In this document: positions 35,560 to 45,705 of the stretch, one piece after another
Layout of the letters: each line of letters begins with the position of its first letter
Numbering within the stretch: position 1 is the first letter of the stretch
NCBI GenBank assembly: GCA_023664775.1
Contig: JAMPEW010000002.1
Span: 16,027-80,026 of the forward strand
Source: Clostridium sp.
Lineage (GTDB): Bacteria > Bacillota > Clostridia > Lachnospirales > Lachnospiraceae
Direction: 5' to 3'
DNA length: 64,000 bases
Program-made: the position numbers and the translations under genes
The notes under the pieces: generated by a model
The model's input: the letters and a program-made list of their open reading frames with translations, nothing else
What the model was told of the DNA's origin: nothing
Databases searched by the model: none

Positions 35560-37534
35560 TCTGTTTTTCCATGCTCCCTTCTTCCTCTGTGCCTGTGACA
35601 GTCTGTTCGATTTTCCTGTCGTTTTTCCGTCTTGGTGCGGTTTTTATTGTTCCCTTTCTGCTCTGTGGGTGCCTGTTTTGTGGATTCTTATTTTGTCCGG
35701 GTTTACTTTCCTGCAGTTTGTACTCAAACGGCACATCCGCCTCATTCGCAAAATCACTTATTTCCTCCCCCGTTTTCATCACTATCTCCGCATCAACATC
35801 CTCATAGGATTTTTCCTCCCACAATACTTCGGAATGATACCGTTTCATAATGCCCAGCAGGATATCCGACTGCTTCGCATACTGCACGCTGCGGTTCTCG
35901 TTTTGCTTCACCATATAAGGATTGTCTTCATCAAACCGTATGCCCCACTGAAAGAACAGCTTTAGCTTTACCCGCATCGGATGGAATCCCGTCTTCATGA
36001 CCACAAACTGCCCCTTCTGCATGGATTTTAATTCATCCGCTGTCATCAGCGGCCGTTCTATCATCTGTAATGATTGCGAGGGATCATTTTTGCTCCGACT
36101 GACGGAACCGCTTAGTACGGTCCGGCTGCCAAGTGCTTTCGAGAGTATTTCTGCAGAGCTGCTGTTCGGTGCAAAACCGCCGAATATGGTCAATTGGGTA
36201 TTGTCTATGATAATCTCCGCCCCTTCCTTGCCGTAGTTTTTCTCAAGCTGTGCGAAGGATTGGATGATTGGAACAATCTGCAGACGCCTGCTTCTGGATG
36301 CAGAGAACATCATTTCCGCCGACTCTATTTTCGGAAGGGTGCCGAACTCATCACAGAAGAAAATGCAGCGGTTTTTAAGCCTTCCGCCCTGTTCATCCGC
36401 CACGGCAAGGATTTCCCGATACATCTGCTGGATAATCAGTGAGACCATGAAAAATGTGTTGGGATTTTCTTCCGGCATGATAAGGAATACCGCACTTTTC
36501 TCATTGCAGAACCGTTCCGCATCAATTTCCGTGTCAAAGCATAAGAGCTGTTCCAGCTCCGAATCCAGAAATACATTCAGTCTGGAGAGCACCGTGCTCA
36601 TGACGCTCGCCATGGACTGTTCTGCGGTATTTAATGCCGCGCCCGCAAACCATTTTGCCTTGTGCTCGTCGGGCAGAAGCTCCATAAGCTGCTGAAAGCA
36701 GTTTTTTCCCTTTTTCCCCGACGGCTCCATTAATTCCTGAATGACCTTGAACACTGATACGATATGCCGTTTTTCCGGTTCACAAAATTCCGCCACCAGA
36801 AGGATTGCGGCGGTTAATACTCCTTCGGCAGCGTCATAAAAGTATGCATTCTGCCCGAAGCTTGCGGAATCTGTCCCGGACATAATAATCGTCTTGGCGA
36901 TGATTTTGGCGTATTTTTCTGTTTTGCCCTTGTACACCAGTTGTTCGGGACGTTCCAGATACGCATCCATATATTGATTGACCAGATGGAGCAAGTTGTT
37001 TCCGTTGGAGTGGGTCGGATTCCGCAGGTCAATGACGGATATTTTGTAACCGTATTTTTTTGCTATATTTCCATAGTTCCGCATGATGTCACCCTTTGTA
37101 TCGGTTGACAGAAAGGACATGCCGCTTGCACAGGCATATTCGATACAGGCATACAGCCAGTATGCGGTTTTGCCGATTCCTGCCGCACCGAGCATCAGTG
37201 CATGAACATCCCCTGTATCTATCATTGCCGTAGTTTTCTTTCCCATTCCTTCACAGCCCACTACAATTCCCTGTGGCAGAGCCGTTCCATCTGCCGTGGT
37301 CGGCATCATTCCCTGTTCCGCCTGCCTGCGCCACCGTTCGGGTTCAAAGGGAATCTGTTGATACATGTTTCTGATTTCCGCCTTTGTCGCCCATCTTGCA
37401 GTTCCGTGCTGTCCGTCCCCGACCGTCTTTGCCTTGATTCCGTTCAGGGAATACAGCCGCCCAAGCACGCTGATTCCGCCAAGCAATGCAAACATGACGG
37501 TTCCGAGGATAATCAGGGCTGCAATATCTGACAT
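35546..37534 (-). CDS. virD4: Type IV coupling protein (VirD4/TraG family)
   Basis: N-terminal TM helix, GQHGTARWATKAEI, Walker A LMLGAAGIGKTAYW, FFCDEFGTLP. Start moved to 37534 after GGAGG. Confidence 0.85.
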   Translation of the reverse strand: MSDIAALIILGTVMFALLGGISVLGRLYSLNGIKAKTVGDGQHGTARWATKAEIRNMYQQIPFEPERWRRQAEQGMMPTTADGTALPQGIVVGCEGMGKKTTAMIDTGDVHALMLGAAGIGKTAYWLYACIEYACASGMSFLSTDTKGDIMRNYGNIAKKYGYKISVIDLRNPTHSNGNNLLHLVNQYMDAYLERPEQLVYKGKTEKYAKIIAKTIIMSGTDSASFGQNAYFYDAAEGVLTAAILLVAEFCEPEKRHIVSVFKVIQELMEPSGKKGKNCFQQLMELLPDEHKAKWFAGAALNTAEQSMASVMSTVLSRLNVFLDSELEQLLCFDTEIDAERFCNEKSAVFLIMPEENPNTFFMVSLIIQQMYREILAVADEQGGRLKNRCIFFCDEFGTLPKIESAEMMFSASRSRRLQIVPIIQSFAQLEKNYGKEGAEIIIDNTQLTIFGGFAPNSSSAEILSKALGSRTVLSGSVSRSKNDPSQSLQMIERPLMTADELKSMQKGQFVVMKTGFHPMRVKLKLFFQWGIRFDEDNPYMVKQNENRSVQYAKQSDILLGIMKRYHSEVLWEEKSYEDVDAEIVMKTGEEISDFANEADVPFEYKLQESKPGQNKNPQNRHPQSRKGTIKTAPRRKNDRKIEQTVTGTEEEGSMEKQNEKT

Positions 37535-38520
37535 GACGATTCCTCCGTTTCCCATTCTACCTCAGTTGCAGTTTCTGTTTGTTCCACTGTTTTTCTCTCC
37601 TCATTCTGACTGCTTTTCATTTCTGATTTTTCATTCATGGCTCTCAAATACAATAAATCCTCGTTCCAGTCCTTATGGATTGGTACGAGGATTTCATACT
37701 CTGCTCCCTGTTGGGTTAATCGGTCTGCGATCCGCTTATTTGCCTTTTGCCCTGCCTCATCATGGTCCAAACATAAATATACCTTTTGCAGATGCTTATG
37801 CTCTGTCAAGGAGTGAAATAAAACTCTGTCGGATACGGAACACGCCGCCGCATAGCTGTGTGCCTGCCAGTTTCCTTTGTTCATGCTGATATAGGAAAGC
37901 ATGTCGATGGGTGCCTCAAACAGATAGATTTTTTCACTACTCCCATACCAGTGAAAGCTGTATTCCGGCAGGCTTCCCGCCGCATTTCCCTTGTAACTGC
38001 TTCCGCTTCCTGAACTGCGTTTGTGTGCATGTCTTGGGATTCCGCTTTTGTCATGCCCTACGAACACGGCATTGTGATATTGGCGGGATTCATAAATCAT
38101 CCCTTTCCGAATAAAAGACAGAAGTACGTCCCTGTCAATACCTCTTTTCATGTGCAGATAGGAAAATACCCGATGCATGCTTTCATTTTGAGGCGGCAGT
38201 TCAAACGGCTTTGTCTCCCTTTCCGTCTGCTGTGCAGTAATCAATGTGCCGCAGGCTCCACCTAGCAGATATTCCACCGCCTCAGGATAGTTTTTGCCAT
38301 AGAATTTTCGGACAAAGTCTATGGCATCTCCGCCTGTCTGCTCGTACTGGTGATACCAGAGATTCCCTCGTACCGTAACTTTTTGTGAACCATCCTTCCA
38401 CTCATACTCCGAGCCGGAGCGTTTCAGTTTCTCTCCCCTGCTCCGCAGAAAATACACAAGATCCGTCCGCCTCGCCTGCTCCCGCTGTTCCTCCGTAAAA
38501 TGTTTGTATGTTGTCTGCAT
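37513..38520 (-). CDS. DUF3991/Toprim-domain (primase-like) conjugation protein
   Basis: LVYFLRSRGEKLKRSGSEYEWKDG...GGDAIDFV (zinc-less primase-like N-terminus) and Toprim-like IYLFEAPIDMLS...VYLCLDHDEAG. Confidence 0.7.
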   Translation of the reverse strand: MQTTYKHFTEEQREQARRTDLVYFLRSRGEKLKRSGSEYEWKDGSQKVTVRGNLWYHQYEQTGGDAIDFVRKFYGKNYPEAVEYLLGGACGTLITAQQTERETKPFELPPQNESMHRVFSYLHMKRGIDRDVLLSFIRKGMIYESRQYHNAVFVGHDKSGIPRHAHKRSSGSGSSYKGNAAGSLPEYSFHWYGSSEKIYLFEAPIDMLSYISMNKGNWQAHSYAAACSVSDRVLFHSLTEHKHLQKVYLCLDHDEAGQKANKRIADRLTQQGAEYEILVPIHKDWNEDLLYLRAMNEKSEMKSSQNEERKTVEQTETATEVEWETEESSCQILQP

Positions 38521-38529
38521 ATGCCCTCC

Positions 38530-40779
38530 TTATCCCTGTTTTAATCCATGTGCCTGTTTCTTCGCTTCTATTTTCCGTCTTAACTTGCGATCCACCCGAA
38601 TCCTGTTTCCGCCGTTTTCCCCCTCTTCCATACGGTTTTGCAGGATTCTTCCCGTATGATGCAGGAGGCGGAGCACACCGAGTCCTGTATACAGATTTCG
38701 ATTGTGCCGAAGGTCAGACAGAAGCTGTTTGGCATACGGATTTCCATGCTCCACCGCTGCATTTAAATATGCAATTGCCTGCTCGTAATCCCGCTCTGCC
38801 TCCCCTCCATACAGATAAATCTTTCCAAGCTGATATTCTGCATAGCTGTTGTTCTGCTTTGCTGCTCCAGTCAAATAGCGGATGGCACGCTCTATATCCC
38901 TGTCTGTTCCCTCTCCCCGATACAACAGTTTCCCCATGACATACTGTGCGACAGGAAATCCCCGGTCTGCCGACATGGTAAGAAGACGGATTGCCTGTTC
39001 TGTATTCTGCGGCAGAATTTTTCCGTCCAGATATGCCTTCCCCAGCGTATAAGCGGCATACCTGTTCTGCTGATTGGCGGATGCCTGAAGCAATTTTACC
39101 GCCCTTCCCACATCCTGTTCCATATCCGTACCACGAAGCAGTTGTCTGCCCAGCAGATATTCCGCATAACTGTTGTTTTGCCCGATTGCCTTTTCCAGCC
39201 ATCGGACTGCATTTTTCACATCCTTTTGTACATGCTCCCCTGTTAAAAACAGCTTTCCCAGCATATATTGTGCAACGGTATATCCCTGCTCCGCCGAAGC
39301 TGTCAGCCATCGAACTGCCTCCTGCGGGTCATACAGGGGAGATTCTTTGTCAAGAAACATTTTTGCAAATCCATACTGTGACCACTTGTTTCCCATTTTC
39401 GCCTCTGCCCGTATTGTCTCGTATACGGATGTCAGCTTGGGGCTATTCCCTGCCGCCTTTTTCTCTAACGGTTCTACACATTTTTCTTTCCCTACACTTC
39501 TTACAACCTCCATGTTATCCATGGTTCCCGCATCTTCCATGTCTTCCATGATTTCCATGTTCTCTATAGCTTCCATTTCCTTCATGGCTTCCTTGTTCTC
39601 CGCAATTTCCATGGTTTCCATATCCTTTATTTCCTCCGGCTCATCCATCCGCACAACAGTTTTTAATTGCATTGACTCCCGTATTATCATGTTTTTGATT
39701 GACTTGAATTCGTTGTTCTCTGCTAATGGAATTCGTTTCGGCAATTCCTGCGTATAGGTCTGTATCACTGCCTCCCGTTTCTCATACCACAGGTCATACA
39801 GGGTTTTTATCCGCCCATCCTTCTCCAGTTCCCCCACAATGGCGTCAACGATATCCTTTACATCTGCTTTCAGATAACCATAGATTTTTTTGCCGGATGT
39901 GTTGCTCAGTCTCTCATTTAACGTAAGAAGAAGTTTCTCCAACTGTGCATTGTCTCCGTTGCTCTGTTTCAGGGCTTCCAGTGTTTCCTCCATGATTTTC
40001 CGGCTGTTTTCTTTTACTTCGTTCCTATGCATGGTCTGTTTTTCGTAAATACTCAGCAAATCCTGTGCAAATATGTCTCTTGCAAAGGCAGAACGCAGGT
40101 TACTGACACCCTTGGGCGTCAGATAGCCCTCATTTTCTATTACCGAATATGCTAGCAGATGGACATGTGGATGATGGGATTCATTGTGAAAAGCGGCAAA
40201 CCATCTGAGATTTTCCATTGAAACCTTTAAGTTGACGGCAAGTGCCTCCGTCTGTGTCCGAAGCATATCCCGCCATCTGCTTCCGTTATTATATCCAAGC
40301 CGTTCCGCATCTTCTCTCCGCAGGGATATGATAACCGTCCACACATTTCCGCCATGTTTGTTCAAATCCTCCGATACCTTCGACAGATTTACTTCCACAC
40401 CCTCGTCTGTGAACAGACCATGTGTACCGAAGCGTTCTGCCCGCGGACGTGTGGCAATATAATCCGCATAGGTTTTCTGAACTATTATATCGCTGGCATT
40501 GTCCTCCAGTGCTCTTGTAATAAACTCGGATGCATTTCCAATTGTGGGCTGTTCCATATAGTCCTCATATTCAAGCATCTGTCTGCTGTCAGGAAAATCC
40601 CGCAATATCTTTTCTATCAGTTTTTTCTGGGACAGGGTTGCCGCAGCATGTTTTTTGGAGTCATCGATTTTTTCCACACCTTCACGGGTTGCAATATATT
40701 TTGCATAACCGCCCCGATTTCTTTTGCCTCCCCTATCACAAGGTTTCAGATACTTAAACTTGGTAACCAGCTTCGCCAT
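38530..40779 (-). CDS. MOBP-type relaxase fused to C-terminal Sel1/TPR repeats
   Basis: Relaxase His cluster FHNESHHPHVHLLAY. Met/Glu-rich linker. At least 6 Sel1-like repeats (AQYMLGKLFLTGEHVQKDVKNAVRWLEKA and others). Confidence 0.8.
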   Translation of the reverse strand: MAKLVTKFKYLKPCDRGGKRNRGGYAKYIATREGVEKIDDSKKHAAATLSQKKLIEKILRDFPDSRQMLEYEDYMEQPTIGNASEFITRALEDNASDIIVQKTYADYIATRPRAERFGTHGLFTDEGVEVNLSKVSEDLNKHGGNVWTVIISLRREDAERLGYNNGSRWRDMLRTQTEALAVNLKVSMENLRWFAAFHNESHHPHVHLLAYSVIENEGYLTPKGVSNLRSAFARDIFAQDLLSIYEKQTMHRNEVKENSRKIMEETLEALKQSNGDNAQLEKLLLTLNERLSNTSGKKIYGYLKADVKDIVDAIVGELEKDGRIKTLYDLWYEKREAVIQTYTQELPKRIPLAENNEFKSIKNMIIRESMQLKTVVRMDEPEEIKDMETMEIAENKEAMKEMEAIENMEIMEDMEDAGTMDNMEVVRSVGKEKCVEPLEKKAAGNSPKLTSVYETIRAEAKMGNKWSQYGFAKMFLDKESPLYDPQEAVRWLTASAEQGYTVAQYMLGKLFLTGEHVQKDVKNAVRWLEKAIGQNNSYAEYLLGRQLLRGTDMEQDVGRAVKLLQASANQQNRYAAYTLGKAYLDGKILPQNTEQAIRLLTMSADRGFPVAQYVMGKLLYRGEGTDRDIERAIRYLTGAAKQNNSYAEYQLGKIYLYGGEAERDYEQAIAYLNAAVEHGNPYAKQLLSDLRHNRNLYTGLGVLRLLHHTGRILQNRMEEGENGGNRIRVDRKLRRKIEAKKQAHGLKQG

Positions 40780-40849
40780 ATTCTCCTCCCTTCCTGCTTA
40801 TTTTCTTAAACGAAACCTGCCCTGAGATGTCCGTGCGTCTGCTTGTCTT

Positions 40850-41284
40850 TTAATCGTTCTGCCAGTCCGCCGCATCATTGAAGGAAAAAGAACCGTTGAG
40901 CCGTTTTACTTCTTTGATGCATTCTCCCCGCAGCCGCTCCAGTGAGATTCTGTCAATTTCCTGCGATGCAGCAACCACATTCATGGTAACGGCAAGCTCT
41001 ACCGCCAGCTTGAACAGCATCCTGCTGACTCGGTTATCGCTTTCTGCCACAATGCTCTTTAGTGTGGATACGATAATCGAAGAGAGATAGTCTTTATTCT
41101 TTTCTGAGGAAAGATATCCGACATAGAATAGAACCGCTTTTTCAATAAATTCACTTTGGGAATTGCAGTTGTCTTCTTTATACAGCTCCCTCACTTTGTC
41201 AAGGGTCGACTCCCGAACCCATAGGGCAAATTTTCGCTTGGGTTCCTTGCGGTTCGTTTCTCCTTGATAATTAATTGCCATCAT
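40850..41284 (-). CDS. Ribbon-helix-helix relaxosome accessory-like protein
   Basis: KRKFALWVRESTLDKVRELYKEDNCNSQSEFIEKAVLFYVGYL. Start moved to 41284, 8 nt after AAAGGAG. Confidence 0.55.
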   Translation of the reverse strand: MMAINYQGETNRKEPKRKFALWVRESTLDKVRELYKEDNCNSQSEFIEKAVLFYVGYLSSEKNKDYLSSIIVSTLKSIVAESDNRVSRMLFKLAVELAVTMNVVAASQEIDRISLERLRGECIKEVKRLNGSFSFNDAADWQND

Positions 41285-41414
41285 ATACATCACTCCTTTG
41301 TCTGTTTCTGGTATAAATGGGTTAGTCAAAAACTTTCTTACTATCAATATATGTTTTCCTGCTATCTATATCTTCTAAAAACATTATCGATTAGATTGAC
41401 ACCGCATACTTAAC

Positions 41415-41454
41415 AAAAGCAAAAAGCCCTCACTTTTAGCATGAAAAGCGAGGG
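41415..41454 (-). terminator. Rho-independent terminator after the four-gene cargo operon
   Basis: Stem ccctcactttt (41427-41437) / aaaagcgaggg (41444-41454). T-rich tail on the minus strand. The stem sequence is the same as in the terminator at 332-363. Confidence 0.65.
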
Positions 41455-41584
41455 TATATAACTGAGCTTCTTTAATAGATAAATAATCACTATGTTTACT
41501 TTAAATCTGTTTATTTTTTTGATTCCATTCTACTGCCCTTTACCATTTTTTTCCAAAACAATTTATAAAATAACCATGAAATTT

Positions 41585-42163
41585 TTAATATTTTTCCGAT
41601 ATCTTTCCCCATACCACTTCGTTAAGATATATTTTTTCTTCCTTAATAGTGATAACATTCCATTTCAGCAAATCAGAAATATTTCTATCTAACATTTTCA
41701 TATCAAAATCTTTTATTTGATAATCATTCAACATTTCTAATATTTTATCTTTTAACTGTTTTACCGTAATTCCAATCTCATATGCATCCAATAAATGAAG
41801 GGCATATATGATAACTGCACTATTATCATCTAACTCTCTTTTAGTAATTGTTCCTATGCATAAAATAGAAATAACAGCTAATTGAAGGTATTCAAATATT
41901 GTTTCTGGACTGTTAAAGGATGCAACAAATTCGATTATTGCAATAAGCACACTTTTTAAGTCCAATCTTATATTTCCTAATTTGTAAGAAGTAGCCTCCT
42001 TCCCAAGAACAATCATGGTCCGCTTAGGGTCTTCTGGAATTATTTCTAAATATTGTTCCATTATCATGTTTCCAATAGATAAGTCTAAATCTTTTCTTTT
42101 AGAATATTTTTCTAATATTTTCTGAATTTGACTATCTAATTGTTTAGCTTCATCTCTATTCAT
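41585..42163 (-). CDS. Small helical protein, unknown function (fourth gene of the operon)
   Basis: Intact ORF overlapping the upstream gene by 8 nt. No motif recognised. Confidence 0.5.
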   Translation of the reverse strand: MNRDEAKQLDSQIQKILEKYSKRKDLDLSIGNMIMEQYLEIIPEDPKRTMIVLGKEATSYKLGNIRLDLKSVLIAIIEFVASFNSPETIFEYLQLAVISILCIGTITKRELDDNSAVIIYALHLLDAYEIGITVKQLKDKILEMLNDYQIKDFDMKMLDRNISDLLKWNVITIKEEKIYLNEVVWGKISEKY

Positions 42164-43196
42164 TACTCTTCTTTCTCCGTTCTCTTTGCTCTGTCCGAAT
42201 AATTTTATCTAATTTACCATGCTCTTTCTTTAATAGCAATTGAGTCCGATATTCATCATATACATCTAAAAAACCTCCATATAGATGATTTCCATCAATC
42301 GTATCAAATACATATTTATTATCATTTGCAATAGCAAATAAATGACTAATTCGATCTTTAGGAAGCGGATGCGTATTACTATTAATCTTTTTATTATAAA
42401 GAACTCTGTCAGTATAATAAAACAAATCAAAAAACTGCATATACATTATGGGTACAAGATATGTATATTCATCTAAAATCTTATCCTGCATCTCTGCCCT
42501 GCTTTGTTCAATAATAATTTTCAAAACAATATCATATGCTACTGCATCTGCTGCAAATTCTTCTTTTTTTTCAGTTGAAAACACTTTTCCAATACTTGAA
42601 AAGTATGAATGTGCAACCTCATGTGCCAAATTAAATACTACAACCGTCCAATAACAAGTTGAGGCCAAATTCATAATCTGAACATCCTCTCCCACAATTT
42701 TCAACAATGCTTCATTGGATGCAGAATCAGGGATATCTCCTAATATGCAGATATCATTCATAATAAACAATAAATAACGAAAACAATTTCCATATACTTC
42801 TAGATCTTTAAACTCTTTCGACCATTTAAACATGATTAGAAAAAAAGACATTACTGATGATTCAAATAACTCATCTATATGAACAAACTCATCTCTTACT
42901 CCATCCATAAAAATGTAGCTATTAACAGAATGTTGGTAACTATTACATAATTCGATTTTATCTCCATAATAATTATACTCTTTCGAAAAATAGTCCTTAA
43001 CCAATTGAAACATACTATCAAGACTGTACCTTTTTGAATTTTCTTTAAGTTGCTCTTCTGTCAGCCCAGATTTATGAAAATATTTCAGCATAGTTTCTAT
43101 TCCTCTTTTTTCGTCTTTAATTGACTCTCCACCAAATCGTAAAATCTCATAATCATCTGGTGGCAAAAAGAAACTTGCATTTTCCTCATCAAACAT
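42156..43196 (-). CDS. HExxH metallopeptidase-like protein (ImmA/IrrE-like core)
   Basis: NLAHEVAHSYF...EKKEEFAADAVAYDIVL resembles the HExxH...E..A..FA signature of ImmA/IrrE. Start moved to 43196 after GGGAGGGGG. Confidence 0.5.
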   Translation of the reverse strand: MFDEENASFFLPPDDYEILRFGGESIKDEKRGIETMLKYFHKSGLTEEQLKENSKRYSLDSMFQLVKDYFSKEYNYYGDKIELCNSYQHSVNSYIFMDGVRDEFVHIDELFESSVMSFFLIMFKWSKEFKDLEVYGNCFRYLLFIMNDICILGDIPDSASNEALLKIVGEDVQIMNLASTCYWTVVVFNLAHEVAHSYFSSIGKVFSTEKKEEFAADAVAYDIVLKIIIEQSRAEMQDKILDEYTYLVPIMYMQFFDLFYYTDRVLYNKKINSNTHPLPKDRISHLFAIANDNKYVFDTIDGNHLYGGFLDVYDEYRTQLLLKKEHGKLDKIIRTEQRERRKKSNE

Positions 43197-43240
43197 ATAT
43201 ACCCCCTCCCAAAACATTCCAGCATTATTCGCTGTTATTT

Positions 43241-44464
43241 TTAAATTATTTCTGAATTCACATTATTGCAAAGAATATTTCTACCCATTTCAAAATCCAA
43301 TGTTCTATTACACTGGTAACATGAATAAAAAAATGTTTTTTGTTTGCTATTTATTAGCAGATGCATTTTTTTCCCACAATTTGAACAGGTTACTTGAGCT
43401 ACATCTGATGACCAATAATTACCCTGCAACTGATTTATTCCTAATACCACAACAAACACTTGATTGACACCGACATATTTTAATGTTCTTATACACTCTC
43501 TTATTGTTGCTCCCGTCGTAATAATATCATCAATAATTATAATATTTTTTCCTCTTAAGTAATTTTCACCTTTAAAAGCGTCAGCTATATTATCCTGTCT
43601 TTCTAATGATGATAATACTTTTTGTGTCGGATAATCCTTTACACATTTTAAATAATCCTCTAAATTCTCAATATTACATTTCTTCGCTATAATTTCAAGT
43701 ATTTTTTCAAAACGATTATCCCTTCCGACATGTACTGGAACCGCTAATACACCATCAATTTCGTTCGTTTTTTGTATTCTTTCTACTGCACAAATAAAAA
43801 GACTCGCAAATATATCGTCAAATTTTCTATAATATGATTTCCCTTCTTTTTTATTAAGAAAAATCGCAGTTGAATATGGATGCAACTGGCTCATATAATG
43901 ATAATAACCAAAGTATCTTCCAAGCATATACATAGGTATCTCTTCATCATCTACTTTAAATAGTAGTGGTATAATCATTCCTGTCATTTCTTCATTCGGA
44001 AAAATGACAACTTCTCCCAAAAATCCCTTCACACCCTTTAATACCAACTTCTTAAAGGAATTAAATTCTCGACATATTAAATCTGGTGATTTACTAGCTG
44101 ACTCATATGAGACTTTATCAGTTACCCATATAGTCCCACCCATAAATCCCATTGCATTTTCTAAAAACATACTGTTTTGAGAAACATATGCTATTTCTGT
44201 GGGTTTCAAATTCATAATTTCCAGTACGGTTTTATGTGTCATTGGACTAGGAGCAAACAATTTGATAAATGGTTCAATTTGATAAACATATTTTTTCCCA
44301 TAGGCAATAGCTATTTTTTTAGAATTTTCCTCATTAGAGGTCAAAAATAGACAGTGATATCTATCAAATAATTCTCTCCAATCTTCTATTGAGATATTTC
44401 CAAAACTATCAATATCTATTACCAATCCCCTTAAATCAGTTATGCACCTAAACATACCAGTCAC
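43241..44464 (-). CDS. ComF-like phosphoribosyltransferase-domain protein with a C-terminal zinc ribbon (ShosT-like)
   Basis: PRPP loop KNIIIIDDIITTGATIRE. C-terminal CSNCGKK...CYQCNRT. Start overlaps the upstream stop (GTGA). Confidence 0.7.
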   Translation of the reverse strand: MTGMFRCITDLRGLVIDIDSFGNISIEDWRELFDRYHCLFLTSNEENSKKIAIAYGKKYVYQIEPFIKLFAPSPMTHKTVLEIMNLKPTEIAYVSQNSMFLENAMGFMGGTIWVTDKVSYESASKSPDLICREFNSFKKLVLKGVKGFLGEVVIFPNEEMTGMIIPLLFKVDDEEIPMYMLGRYFGYYHYMSQLHPYSTAIFLNKKEGKSYYRKFDDIFASLFICAVERIQKTNEIDGVLAVPVHVGRDNRFEKILEIIAKKCNIENLEDYLKCVKDYPTQKVLSSLERQDNIADAFKGENYLRGKNIIIIDDIITTGATIRECIRTLKYVGVNQVFVVVLGINQLQGNYWSSDVAQVTCSNCGKKMHLLINSKQKTFFYSCYQCNRTLDFEMGRNILCNNVNSEII

Positions 44465-45705
44465 CCCTTAATTATCGCTGGTTCAAACCATTCTAACATA
44501 TTTTCTTTCTCTGGACTTTTATTTAATTCAGATATATATGCTTCCAATGTTTGCTGCTTGTTTTCCAAATGTCTATCAGGTCTAAATATGTTATTCTCAG
44601 CAAGAATCTTAAGAACCTCTGTAGGATTCTTTACCACTATAGCACCTCTTTTTTCGTATTTAGCTGGCCATGTAATTTTTTCTATTTTTAAGGCACTCTC
44701 AGGAATCAATATCTGCCTTCCCTGTTTTAGTGCAAAATCTGCCTGTTTTAAAGCCCCTGAAGTCTCTCCCGCCTCCATAATAACAGTGGCCAATGAAAGC
44801 CCACTCATTACTCCGTTTCTCATAGGAAAAAACCATCTTTGAGTTTTACTGGCTGGCGAAAACTGTGAAACTATAAGTCCTTTGTTCTCAATCTCAAGCT
44901 GAATTTCTTTATTTTCTGCGGGATAGTATTGATTTAAATTAGTTCCGATTACAGCAATTGTATTATATCCATTTTTTAATGCTGTTTCATGTGCAGTCAC
45001 ATCAATACCTTTTGCCAATCCAGATATAACTGTTATCCCATTTTTTCCTAATTTTTCTGCTAACCGTCTAGTATTATCTTTGGCATTTTCTGAAGCCTGT
45101 CGTGAACCTACAAGTGCTACAGTTCTCCTTTCATATAATAAGGACTTTTTCCCTCTTATATATAAAAATCTAGGAGCTTGCTCTGTCTCCGCTAAAAGTG
45201 GTGGATAATCACTACTTCCTCGCTTTATAATTTCATCATTTTCTCTAAGGCTAGAAAATGCCTTATATGCCTTACTATATTCTTTCAACAGAGTATCTTT
45301 ATCTACCTTAAAATACTCTACATATTTTTCACATATTTCAGTATTGTTCATAGGCCTATCAATATTTACATTTTCACTAAATGTAATAAATTCTGGTTCA
45401 AGTCGAGATTCTGTAATGTTTAGCACATTCATTAAAGTAGCATAATTCAATGCTTCTTGTTTTGCCTTTGTATCAATAACAAACATTCCTTTCGCACCTC
45501 CACTCTCAATTTTAGTAAAAATAGCAAGTTCTTCTTTTCTTCGATTAAGTTCATCAATATGAAAAATAGTTCCAGATGCATTTTTCTTTAATGGCTTTAT
45601 TTTTTCTTCTTGGACCAATTTGTTCAATCTTTGAACAGTAATGCCTAAAAATTCTGCCGCCTCTTTTGCAAAAAACAATTGATTTGCAAGCAAATTATCC
45701 TCCAT
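44461..45705 (-). CDS. HTH-fused DprA/Smf (SLOG) domain protein (ShosA-like)
   Basis: N-terminal excisionase/MerR-like HTH AKEAAEFLGITVQRLNKLV. DprA core VALVGSRQAS, ISGLAKGIDVTAHETAL, VIGTNLNQYYPAENKEI, FPMRNGVMSGLSLATVIMEAGETSGAL. Confidence 0.8.
   Translation of the reverse strand: MEDNLLANQLFFAKEAAEFLGITVQRLNKLVQEEKIKPLKKNASGTIFHIDELNRRKEELAIFTKIESGGAKGMFVIDTKAKQEALNYATLMNVLNITESRLEPEFITFSENVNIDRPMNNTEICEKYVEYFKVDKDTLLKEYSKAYKAFSSLRENDEIIKRGSSDYPPLLAETEQAPRFLYIRGKKSLLYERRTVALVGSRQASENAKDNTRRLAEKLGKNGITVISGLAKGIDVTAHETALKNGYNTIAVIGTNLNQYYPAENKEIQLEIENKGLIVSQFSPASKTQRWFFPMRNGVMSGLSLATVIMEAGETSGALKQADFALKQGRQILIPESALKIEKITWPAKYEKRGAIVVKNPTEVLKILAENNIFRPDRHLENKQQTLEAYISELNKSPEKENMLEWFEPAIIKG

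Noticed and set aside
38580-39757. Several 60-198-aa ORFs on both strands inside the relaxase gene
   Set aside because: They are alternative frames of the Sel1-repeat and Met/Glu linker region. The relaxase frame is continuous and motif-bearing.
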